From the NCBI GenBank assembly GCA_965209055.1, contig OZ242374.1, positions 2,816,001 through 2,880,000 of the forward strand: 64,000 bases of DNA, read 5' to 3'. Each line of letters opens with the position of its first letter. Position 1 is the stretch's first letter. The DNA is from Acidobacteriota bacterium. GTDB taxonomy: Bacteria > Acidobacteriota > UBA6911 > RPQK01 > JAJDTT01. The notes under the pieces were generated by a model. That model saw nothing but the letters and a program-made list of their open reading frames with translations. It was not told the origin of the DNA and did not search any database. Shown here piece by piece: positions 8,963 to 16,868 of the stretch. The position numbers and the translations under genes are program-made.

Positions 8963-11900
8963 ATGGCCGCCGGCATCTGGAACATGCTCAAGCGCATCAT
9001 CGACTACCACCTGGATCACCGTTGGGTTGTCCTGATCGGCTTGGCGATGCTCCTGGCGGCCGGCCTCAACGCCCTCTACCAGATTCCCATCGACGCGTTT
9101 CCGGACCTGACCAACAACCAGGTCACCGTCATCACCGAAGCGCCGGGCATGGCTCCGGTGGAGGTCGAGCAACTGCTGACCTTCCCCATCGAGTCGTCCA
9201 TGATGGGTCTTCCCAGCACCGAAGAAGTCCGCTCCATTTCCAAATTGGGCCTTTCCATCGTCACCGTCGTCTTTGCCGACGGCGTGGACAACTATTTCGC
9301 GCGGCAGCTTGTCAACGAACGGCTGAACGAAGCGCGCGGCCGGATTCCCGACGGCCTCGAGCCGGCGTTGGGGCCCGTGGCGACGGCCTTCGGCGAGGTG
9401 TACCAGTACACGCTCGAAGGGGAAGGCTACAGCGCCATGGAGCTGAAGACGCTCCATGACTGGGAGATCAAATACCAACTGCGGGCCGTGCCGGGCGTGG
9501 CCGACATCAGCACCTGGGGCGGCTACACGCGGCAGTACGAAATCGAGGTGGATCCCTACCAACTACGTGCGCACGGGCTGACGCTCCGTGACGTGTTCGA
9601 GCGGGTTCGGGACAACAACGACAACTTCGGCGGCGGGTTCGTGGAGCACGCCTCCGAGCAGTACACCGTGCGCGGGCTGGGCCGCGTCGGGAGCGAGCAG
9701 GACTTGGAGACCATCGTCCTGGAGGCCCATGAGGGAACCGCGGTCTACCTGCGTGACGTCGCCGAGGTCAAGGTTGGGCATTTCCCTCGTCAAGGGGCGG
9801 TGACGCGCGACGGCCGGGGGGAGACCGTCTCCGGCACGGTGATCATGCTCCGGGGCCAGAACAGCAAGACGGTCATCGAGCGGGTCAAGGAGGCGTTGGA
9901 AGGAGTTCGCCGTTCGCTTCCCGAGGGCGTGAACATCGTTCCGTTCTACGACCAGTCGGTGGTGATCGACGGGACGATCCGCACGGTTCGCAACAATCTG
10001 CTGCTCGGCGGAGCGTTGGTGGTGGCGATCCTGTTCCTGTTTCTCGGCAATTTTCGCGCCGCACTGCTCGTGGCGGCCGTGATTCCCCTGTCCATGCTCT
10101 TTGCGTTCATCGGAATGCGATGGTTCGGCATCACCGCCAATCTCATGAGCTTGGGAGCCATCGACTTCGGCATGATCGTCGACGGCGCCGTGATCATGAT
10201 CGAGAACCATGTGCGGCGCCTGAAAGGACGTCCCGACCCCGATGTGCCGCTGACCGGAGCCGAGAGCGTCGAGCTGGTGCGCTCGGCGGCTCACCAGGTG
10301 TCTCGGCCGATCCTGACAGGTGTCGGCATCATCATTGCGGTTTACGTTCCGATCCTGAGCTTGCAGGGGCTCGAAGGCCGAATGTACCGTCCCATGGCCT
10401 TCACCGTGTGCGCGGCGTTGCTGGGCTCGCTGGTCTTGACCCTGGCATTGCTCCCGGCCGCGTCCCGCCTCTTGCTGGGCCGCCGGCCGAAGAAATCCCG
10501 AGAGCCGGTCATGGACCGCGCGCGGGCGGTCTACGGGCGCGTCGTGAACTTCGCGCTCGACCACCGGGCGCTGGTGGTTTCCGGCGGATTCCTGCTCGTC
10601 GCCGCTCCCCTGGGCTCACTGCGTTTTATAGGAACTGAATTCATGCCCCGCCTCGATGAGGGGTCCGTGCTGGTTCAGGTCCTTCGGCTTCCCAGCATCT
10701 CCTTGTCCGAATCGGTGGACATCGGGCTCGAAGTCGAAAAGACCTTGTTGGAATTCCCCGAGGTGACGGGCACGGTCGGCAAGACGGGCCGGCCCGACCT
10801 CGCCACCGAGGCTATGGGGATCTACGAAACCGACCTGTACGTCGACCTGAAGCCGCGCGAGCAATGGAGGACGGCCGACACCAAGGAAGGACTGCTGGAA
10901 GCCATGGCGGCGGAACTGTCGAAGATTCCGGGCGTCGTCTACAACTTCACACAACCCATGGCGATGCGCCTGGACGAGACCATCTCCGGCGTGGAGGCTG
11001 ACGTCGCGGTCAAGATTTTCGGGCCCGACGAGGGAGTGCTCGACCGGACGGCCGACGAAGTGCTGCGGGTGATCGGGCAGGTGCGCGGCGCCGCCGACGC
11101 GCAGAAGCAGGTCTTTTCCGGCGCGGCCGAGTGGCAGGTGGTGGTGGACCGGGACGAACTGGCGCGCTACGGCCTCAATATTTCCGACGTGCGCGACGTG
11201 GTGCAAGCCGCGGTGGGCGGCAAGGGGGTGACGGAATTCATCGAGGGCCGCCGCCGGTTTCAGGTCGCCGTCCGGTTGCCTGAGACCTATCGCAGGGACC
11301 GGGCGGCCCTCGGCAGCATTCTGCTGGCGGCGCCGGAGGGAGAGCAGGTTCCGTTGGACCGGGTGGCCGAGATTCGACGCGCCAGCGGGCCGGAAGTCGT
11401 CCATCGCGAAGACAGCCAGCGCCGTATCGTGGTGCAGTGCAACGTCCGCGGGCGCGACATGGGCAGCTTCGTGGCCGAGGCCCAACACCGGATCCAAGCG
11501 GACTTGGATCTGCCGACCGGCTACTACATCACCTGGGGTGGCCAGTTCGAAAATCAACAGCGGGCCATGCAGCGGCTGATGCTGGTCCTGCCGGCGGTCC
11601 TGCTGGTGATCTTCATGCTGTTGTACGTCACGTTCCGATCCGCCAAACAGTCGTTTCTGGTGCTGCTCATCGTTCCGTTCGCCACGGTCGGCGGGATTGC
11701 CGCGCTGTGGCTGCGGGAAATGAACTTGAATGTTTCGGCATCGATCGGGTTCATCGCGGTGTTCGGCGTGGCGGTGCTGGACGGACTGGTGATGGTCTCG
11801 ACGACCAACTCCCTGCTGGAACGGGGCCGTCCGCTGCGCCAGGCCATCGTCGAAGGCGCCGTGACGAGGCTGCGCCCGGTCCTGATGACATCGTTGGTGG

Positions 11901-12073
11901 CCAGTCTGGGGTTCCTGCCCATGGCGCTGGCAACTTCCACCGGCGCCGAAGTTCAGCGCCCGCTGGCCACCGTGGTGATCGGCGGACTGGCCAGCTCCAC
12001 CATCCTGACGCTGCTGTTGCTGCCGGCTCTCTACAGTTGGTTCCTGCCCCGGAACAGGAGGGGGGACTGTTAG
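8963..12073 (+). CDS. czcA: CzcA/CusA-family heavy-metal RND transporter (start may be 8984)
   Basis: PIDAFPDLT, GAIDFGMIVDGAVIMIEN, RLRPVLMT, GAEVQRPLATVVIGG. Confidence 0.92.
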   Translation: MAAGIWNMLKRIIDYHLDHRWVVLIGLAMLLAAGLNALYQIPIDAFPDLTNNQVTVITEAPGMAPVEVEQLLTFPIESSMMGLPSTEEVRSISKLGLSIVTVVFADGVDNYFARQLVNERLNEARGRIPDGLEPALGPVATAFGEVYQYTLEGEGYSAMELKTLHDWEIKYQLRAVPGVADISTWGGYTRQYEIEVDPYQLRAHGLTLRDVFERVRDNNDNFGGGFVEHASEQYTVRGLGRVGSEQDLETIVLEAHEGTAVYLRDVAEVKVGHFPRQGAVTRDGRGETVSGTVIMLRGQNSKTVIERVKEALEGVRRSLPEGVNIVPFYDQSVVIDGTIRTVRNNLLLGGALVVAILFLFLGNFRAALLVAAVIPLSMLFAFIGMRWFGITANLMSLGAIDFGMIVDGAVIMIENHVRRLKGRPDPDVPLTGAESVELVRSAAHQVSRPILTGVGIIIAVYVPILSLQGLEGRMYRPMAFTVCAALLGSLVLTLALLPAASRLLLGRRPKKSREPVMDRARAVYGRVVNFALDHRALVVSGGFLLVAAPLGSLRFIGTEFMPRLDEGSVLVQVLRLPSISLSESVDIGLEVEKTLLEFPEVTGTVGKTGRPDLATEAMGIYETDLYVDLKPREQWRTADTKEGLLEAMAAELSKIPGVVYNFTQPMAMRLDETISGVEADVAVKIFGPDEGVLDRTADEVLRVIGQVRGAADAQKQVFSGAAEWQVVVDRDELARYGLNISDVRDVVQAAVGGKGVTEFIEGRRRFQVAVRLPETYRRDRAALGSILLAAPEGEQVPLDRVAEIRRASGPEVVHREDSQRRIVVQCNVRGRDMGSFVAEAQHRIQADLDLPTGYYITWGGQFENQQRAMQRLMLVLPAVLLVIFMLLYVTFRSAKQSFLVLLIVPFATVGGIAALWLREMNLNVSASIGFIAVFGVAVLDGLVMVSTTNSLLERGRPLRQAIVEGAVTRLRPVLMTSLVASLGFLPMALATSTGAEVQRPLATVVIGGLASSTILTLLLLPALYSWFLPRNRRGDC

Positions 12074-12102
12074 TCCGGTGCTCTGTCCAACTGAGCTACG
12101 GG
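12071..12102 (-). pseudogene. 5' half-tRNA fragment (Arg-like) at attL
   Basis: Minus strand CCCGTAGCTCAGTTGGACAGAGCACCGGACTA gives acceptor end, D-arm (GCTC/GAGC) and 5' anticodon stem; no T-arm or 3' half. Confidence 0.75.
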
Positions 12103-12115
12103 ATTGATCCTTTCC

Positions 12116-12186
12116 TTTCAACAGGTTATCCCGATGCTCCTCTCAAATCGTTCGTCCTATTTCCTCCCCGTTGCCTGTTTGTTGCC
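12116..12186. promoter_or_regulatory. IHF-like site and integrase arm-type repeats at the left end
   Basis: TTTCAACAGGTTA at 12116-12128 (one mismatch to WATCAANNNNTTR); GTTGCCTGTTTGTTGCC at 12170-12186, also present at both right ends. Confidence 0.6.
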
Positions 12187-13232
12187 GGTCTCATTTGTGA
12201 GTCTTCGGTAGCCTGTGCCTCCCGAATGCATGCGAGTGCATGAGAACTGACGTAACCCGCGTAGCGCATGGTCGTGCTGATCGACGAGTGCCCCATCAGC
12301 TTCTGCACCGTCCTCACGTCCACCCCCTGCATCAGCCAATGGCTGCAGCGGAATCGTCTCAGGTCGTGAAATCCGACCTTCAACCCCACCCGCTCGGCGG
12401 CCCGGCGCAACGGCTTGTCCGGATTCACCCATCTCGTGCCGGTCCGGATGTTGACGAAGACGTATGGCGTGTTCAGGTAACGAACCAGCCCGACCAGGTA
12501 TCCGGTGGCGTACTTCGAGAGCGGAATCTCCCTCGGCTCGTCGTCCTTGGTGAACTCCACCCATAGCAGCCTCCGGACCAGGTCCACCCGTTTCCAGGTG
12601 AGCGACAACGCTTCGCCTTTCCGTATCCCCGTCTCGCCGATCACCGCAACCATGGCTTGCAGGTAAGGGTTGTCCATCGCCTCGACCAGGTCGCGGAACT
12701 GTTGAACCGTCAAAGGCCGGAAGACCTTCTTGGGTTCTTTGAGTTTGGGGAACCGAACCAGCGGGTGCGTGTCCACTTCCCCGCACTCCAGCGCGTAGGA
12801 AAACAGCTTGCTGATGGCGGCAATGTCGCGGTTCACCGTGGCCGGCTGCACTTGCTTCTTCCTCCGGGCGACGTAGCGGTACAGGTCCTTGCGTTGGAAC
12901 TCCTTCAGGGGAATGTTCCCCAGCACGGCGTTGAGGCTCTTGAACGAGAGCGCGTAGCGACGGCGGGAGCGCATGCGAGGTTTGCAATACTCCTCGAAGA
13001 AACGCTCGTAGAAGCTCCGTACCGTCCAGACGGTGCGATTCCCGCCGGCGAGCTCCTCCTTGAGCTGCTTCCAGGTGCCGTCCAGGATGCTGGACTCGAT
13101 TCGTGTTTGAAGCGCCTGCGCGCTCCGGTAGTTGGGGGCGTACATTCGGAGCCGACCGGATCCGTTCGGCCAGTACTTGCTGACGACGTACCGTCGTCTC
13201 CCCCGGCGATCCTTCACCTTGTAGATGCCCAT
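12126..13232 (-). CDS. int: Tyrosine recombinase/integrase (368 aa)
   Basis: AGGAGG before ATG 13232 (MGIYKVK); catalytic motifs GIRKGE, TK, HDLR, GHS and RY; PATVNR core-binding motif. Confidence 0.92.
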   Translation of the reverse strand: MGIYKVKDRRGRRRYVVSKYWPNGSGRLRMYAPNYRSAQALQTRIESSILDGTWKQLKEELAGGNRTVWTVRSFYERFFEEYCKPRMRSRRRYALSFKSLNAVLGNIPLKEFQRKDLYRYVARRKKQVQPATVNRDIAAISKLFSYALECGEVDTHPLVRFPKLKEPKKVFRPLTVQQFRDLVEAMDNPYLQAMVAVIGETGIRKGEALSLTWKRVDLVRRLLWVEFTKDDEPREIPLSKYATGYLVGLVRYLNTPYVFVNIRTGTRWVNPDKPLRRAAERVGLKVGFHDLRRFRCSHWLMQGVDVRTVQKLMGHSSISTTMRYAGYVSSHALACIREAQATEDSQMRPATNRQRGGNRTNDLRGASG

Positions 13233-13821
13233 GCATCTCCTCCTTTCTGGATCCGGGTTCTTCGCCGTGGGGCGAATCGTACCACGGCTCCAGAGAACGG
13301 ACCGGTGGGACCTGTCCCCCCAGACCCCCCAGTGGCGCCAGAACCCGCGCCGGATCACCATTCCGGCGCTGAACCGGGCGCTTTTATTTGTCGCGTCCCA
13401 TAAGAATGGGTCCCTCGCGCAGGATTCCCGCCGCGTCTCTCGCAGGCTTCCCGGTCGGAGCAAATCTGTCCCCGGCCGAGGTGTCGCTTGAAACCCCCTC
13501 AGGCGGGAATTCTCGTGAGATCGTGAAAAAACAAGCCCGCCATCGGGCCTGTGTTGGCCCGCCGCAGCCGGACGAAGGGTTAGGTATAGGCCCCGGAGCG
13601 TCGTCCAGAAGCCTCCGGCGCGGCGCGGGGAAACAGGCAATTCTCAGCACGGGCGCAGCCCGTTAGGTAGTCCGTGAGATCCGGAGCTCGGGCGATCGGC
13701 AAGACGCGATCCTGCTTCCGGAACTCAGCCTGATGGTGAAGACGGCTGACGTCATCCGATCTTCGTGAGTAGAATCTGATGGAAGTGGGTCAATCGAAAG
13801 CAGGCCAAGGAGGCAAAGCAG

Positions 13822-13950
13822 ATGCGCTCAGACCACACCCCCCCCACCATGCTCAGGATGGTCGTTGCCGTCGTCATCGGACTGATTGTGTTCGAGGTGG
13901 TGGCGGCGCTGTATCAGGTCGTCGCCGGGTTCTTTCTGGCGGCTTTCTGA
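13822..13950 (+). CDS. 42-aa single-pass membrane peptide
   Basis: AAGGAGG upstream of ATG; MRSDHTPPTMLRMVVAVVIGLIVFEVVAALYQVVAGFFLAAF; below the ORF-track cutoff. Confidence 0.5.
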   Translation: MRSDHTPPTMLRMVVAVVIGLIVFEVVAALYQVVAGFFLAAF

Positions 13951-14151
13951 CGTCTTGCCGGGTTTTCGGCCCCAAGAGCAATCCAAAATCACGGCGATGG
14001 TAGCCGGTCGGGCCAAGGGTTCCACCTCGATGGCCAGGCCGACATGGAAAGCGTCCTCGGTTCTGGCGATCCAGGGGAGAAAGTAAATTGCACCGGTGGG
14101 GCTGGGGGCTTGAGAGATCGGTGGCAACACTGAACTGGAGGCAAAACGACG

Positions 14152-14186
14152 CACCCTGTGGGAAATCTCTGATTTTCCACAGGGTG
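14152..14186. other. Hairpin with DnaA-box-like stem
   Basis: CACCCTGTGGGAAATC-TCT-GATTTTCCACAGGGTG; TTTTCCACA fits TTWTNCACA. Confidence 0.5.
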
Positions 14187-14390
14187 GGGAGGTTCGTTGA
14201 GACGAAGCTCGATCCCTCTTTGGAGAGTTCTTTGGTGGGTATGTGTCTCTTCGCATCCGGGGGGTTCGGGGGGGCTGGCCCCACCGCTACGAGCGTCAGG
14301 TTCACGGTCGGCTTGGTGTGCCGAACGGGGTTCAGGCGCACCAGGGGGGTCTGGGGGGACAGGTCCACCCGGTCCTCGGTCTTCTTCCGG

Positions 14391-14671
14391 GCCTTCCCGC
14401 AGGGAGAATTGAGACGGGAGCGACCCCCCCAGGGGGTGTTGCGCAAATGTGAATTGCGCAACGCCCCCGCGCCCGCACCGGGCAGCAAAAAGGGGGGGTC
14501 GCTCCCGTCCACCTCCGATTTCCCCGAGCGGCCACCCTGTGGCCGGCAATATGGCCGTAACTGATTGAGACGACAAAGGATCAGGAAAGCGGTTTTGTGA
14601 ATCACCGGGACTGCTTTTTGTGAATCCACCCCCCGTGTCCCATTCACACTCCCGGATCGGGCGCGAGACCC
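14391..14671. repeat. Structured non-coding module, copy 2
   Basis: 18-bp perfect stem 14413-14430/14492-14509; same inner hairpins as copy 1; TTTGTGAATC at 14594 and 14617. Confidence 0.85.
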
Positions 14672-14914
14672 TCTTTTCGCCCACCCGAAACAAGTCGCCG
14701 TAAACCTTTGCGACTGCCAAGTGCGGAACTGTCTCGGCGACCGTCCCGCAGCGTTCGCAATACTGCTCACCTGGCCCAACCTGTTAGTCTCGGCCTCCAT
14801 GTGTCCATCCTGCGAGCCGGCTCGGTGGAGGACGAACAATTGTCGGTACAGTCCGTTACCAGGGATGCTCCACTGACTCGGCCAAGGCTGCATTGAAGAG
14901 GGAGGAGCGCGACC

Positions 14915-15154
14915 GTGAGGGGACCGAACGGAGGGGTTCAAGTAGTCTTCTCCGGGGGAGAGTTTGCAATCTACCGGGCGGAGTCGGTGAACTGGGACCG
15001 GCGGACCGGAACATTGACCTTGGAGCATTCCGGCCGATCCTCCGTGTTCGAGCATTGGGGCGCGAGCCTCCAGGTCATCGCCTGGCGGTGGGTTGATGGG
15101 TCGATTCAGGACCGGACCTGGAGAGTGAAGACCGAATACGGCGGGCGCCTCTAA
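14915..15154 (+). CDS. Hypothetical 79-aa protein
   Basis: GGAGG upstream of GTG start; non-repetitive protein-like composition. Confidence 0.45.
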   Translation: MRGPNGGVQVVFSGGEFAIYRAESVNWDRRTGTLTLEHSGRSSVFEHWGASLQVIAWRWVDGSIQDRTWRVKTEYGGRL

Positions 15155-15361
15155 GGCACGATAAGTTGATCTTATTGGACCCTGTGCCGTCCTAGAGTGG
15201 CTTGGGCAGCTTCTCTCGGACCACGTTACCGGATGGCTCAGGGCGGATCCCCGCCCCCGGGAGAACCGGAGAAACCCGCTTCTTTCCCTCAGGATGTCCA
15301 TTAATTTCAGTGAACGGACCTCCTTGGTGGCTCCCCCTTCCGAATCTCTGAGCGTGGGACT

Positions 15362-15877
15362 CTAAGGAGTTGCGGGAGCTTTGTAGAGCACGGTGTCCTC
15401 GGTTTCCGTCGCGGCATCGACAGCGATCCCTAGGCCGACTCCAATTCCTGTTAAAAGAGCACCGAGTATCAACCCCTGAAAGGCGGTATCGGTCTTTGTT
15501 GACTCTTCAACTGTGGCAATTCCAATCAAGGTCAGTCCACCGCCGACTGCGGCTCCAACAGCGGCTCCTTTCCATGCTCCGTCTCCCAACCCATCCTTGG
15601 AAGGAAGGTTAACTGTCTGGATGTCCGTTTTCGGAATCACTGCACGGCCGGCGGGGTTCAGGAGTTCCAGGGCTGACGCCGACAGGCCTCGGAATTGGCC
15701 GTGGATTCGATCCCCGTTTTTGAGTTCCACCGTGATGGATGATGCCATTTCCAAGGCGGAGACCTTCTCCCAGCGGCCGGGGATCACCTCCGCCCGTGCT
15801 GGCATGGAGGCCAATCCGGCAAGAATCAAGGCAAGTAATCGAATCCGGCATGTCTTCATCGTTTGGGTTTTCTTCAT
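15362..15877 (-). CDS. Exported hypothetical protein with glycine-zipper-like membrane hairpin
   Basis: AGGAGG RBS; signal peptide ending ARA; GAAVGAAVGGG and GIGVGLGIAVD segments. Confidence 0.7.
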   Translation of the reverse strand: MKKTQTMKTCRIRLLALILAGLASMPARAEVIPGRWEKVSALEMASSITVELKNGDRIHGQFRGLSASALELLNPAGRAVIPKTDIQTVNLPSKDGLGDGAWKGAAVGAAVGGGLTLIGIATVEESTKTDTAFQGLILGALLTGIGVGLGIAVDAATETEDTVLYKAPATP

Positions 15878-16065
15878 GGCACCTCCTTCTACCTTGGAGT
15901 AACATCGCTTCTTGTTAGCGACTCCTCATCAGAAAATGTGATTTTTTCGTCGGAAGTGGCTCACCGAGGCGAGCAGACGGTGATCGATTCCAGGTAGTCC
16001 CCGACGAAGAACGGCATGGAGCCGCCAGGTGGGGAACAGCGAGTCGATTTTCAGGATCTGGCTAT

Positions 16066-16207
16066 GCTGCCTGTATGTTGCCTGTTCAGCACGTCAAATA
16101 TTGGCAGTCAAGCACTATACCGATTGGGCGAAGAACCCGGTAAATAAATGAAAACGTTAATGTTCGGTAGTCTTTGACTTTCGAACAGTTGGGACTGTTA
16201 GTCCCCC
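16066..16207. other. attR of element 2
   Basis: Arm repeats 16066-16086; core GGGA-CTGTTAG-TCCCCC at 16191-16207; partner REP at 16252-16277. Confidence 0.8.
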
Positions 16208-16381
16208 CGTCTTCATTGCCTGCTTCGGTGTCGACCGTACCCGAACCGGAAGAGCGGGGGCAGAAAAACCCCCGCTCTTGGGCCATGCTGGTTTTTCTCT
16301 GGACTTCGCCGACCCGCGGCCGGTGGGGCAATGGTGAGAAAAGCAGTGGCGATCCTTGTGTGTGGGCGTCCTCTTTCGTCT

Positions 16382-16453
16382 TCAGCCGACAGGTTCCGAT
16401 CCTCGCGGAAAATCCAGATCCGCCCACCACACCTCTCCGCGCGCAACTACCAT
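16382..16453 (-). pseudogene. mazF: Truncated MazF/PemK toxin
   Basis: MVVARGEVWWADLDFPRGSEPVG* overlaps the antitoxin stop; no MazF-like sequence follows. Confidence 0.75.
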
Positions 16454-16683
16454 TCGCTGGAACTGACGCTCCGAGCCTGGGCGGCTCTCAACAAGGGATC
16501 GAGGCCGCTCGTTTCATTGGCGAGCACCTCGTTTAGCTTTGATGTCACATCCTCGTCACGGTGTTTCGCTAAGTATTCAGAAACTGCGGTGGCGTACAAT
16601 TCGCTCCTCGACACTCCTTGCCGCTCCGCCAACTCGTTGGCCGAAAGGAACAGTTCTTCCGGTAGTGAGATTGCTGTTTTCAT
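16447..16683 (-). CDS. RHH antitoxin (ChpI/MazE-type)
   Basis: MKTAISLPEELF...GVSRSELYATAV; coupled to the mazF remnant. Confidence 0.8.
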   Translation of the reverse strand: MKTAISLPEELFLSANELAERQGVSRSELYATAVSEYLAKHRDEDVTSKLNEVLANETSGLDPLLRAAQARSVSSSEW

Positions 16684-16868
16684 GCAGCAGATTATAGGTG
16701 GCTTCTCCTTAGCGAAACGGAGGAAAGAGTGAAGACAGGCGACAGGTTTGCGCGCAGCAGGCCGCAAAATAGAAAATGATCTTGTCGAGGATGGCTGAGC
16801 CGGATTGGTTCGGATCTCTGTTCCTCCTATGAATCCGACGGGCCCCGGCCCGTGAGGGAGCGCCTCCT

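Larger units (their letters stand above)
13299..14375. repeat. 84-bp imperfect inverted repeats (13299-13382 / 14292-14375) bracketing ~1.08 kb
   Basis: Ungapped alignment with identical core GACCTGTCCCCCCAGACCCCCC. Confidence 0.75.
12062..16204. mobile_element. Integrative element 2 (~4.1 kb, tyrosine integrase)
   Basis: Direct repeat GGGACTGTTAGTCC at 12063-12076 and 16191-16204; integrase beside the left repeat; joining the flanks rebuilds an intact REP palindrome. Confidence 0.88.

Noticed and set aside
12071-12105. Functional tRNA gene
   Set aside because: Only the 5' half is present; joining attR does not rebuild a T-arm or acceptor stem
13233-13640. N-terminal extension of the integrase (504-aa ORF)
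   Set aside because: Strong RBS at ATG 13232; the extension crosses repeat DNA and is low complexity
14391-14671. Structured module as a bridge/guide RNA encoding the target loop
   Set aside because: No position where copy 1 has TAGGAAA and copy 2 has CTGTTAG or their complements
13874-15301. 475-aa and 243-aa minus-strand ORFs, and matching ORFs at 3002-3358
   Set aside because: They translate palindromic DNA; starts, stops and frames are not shared between the two copies
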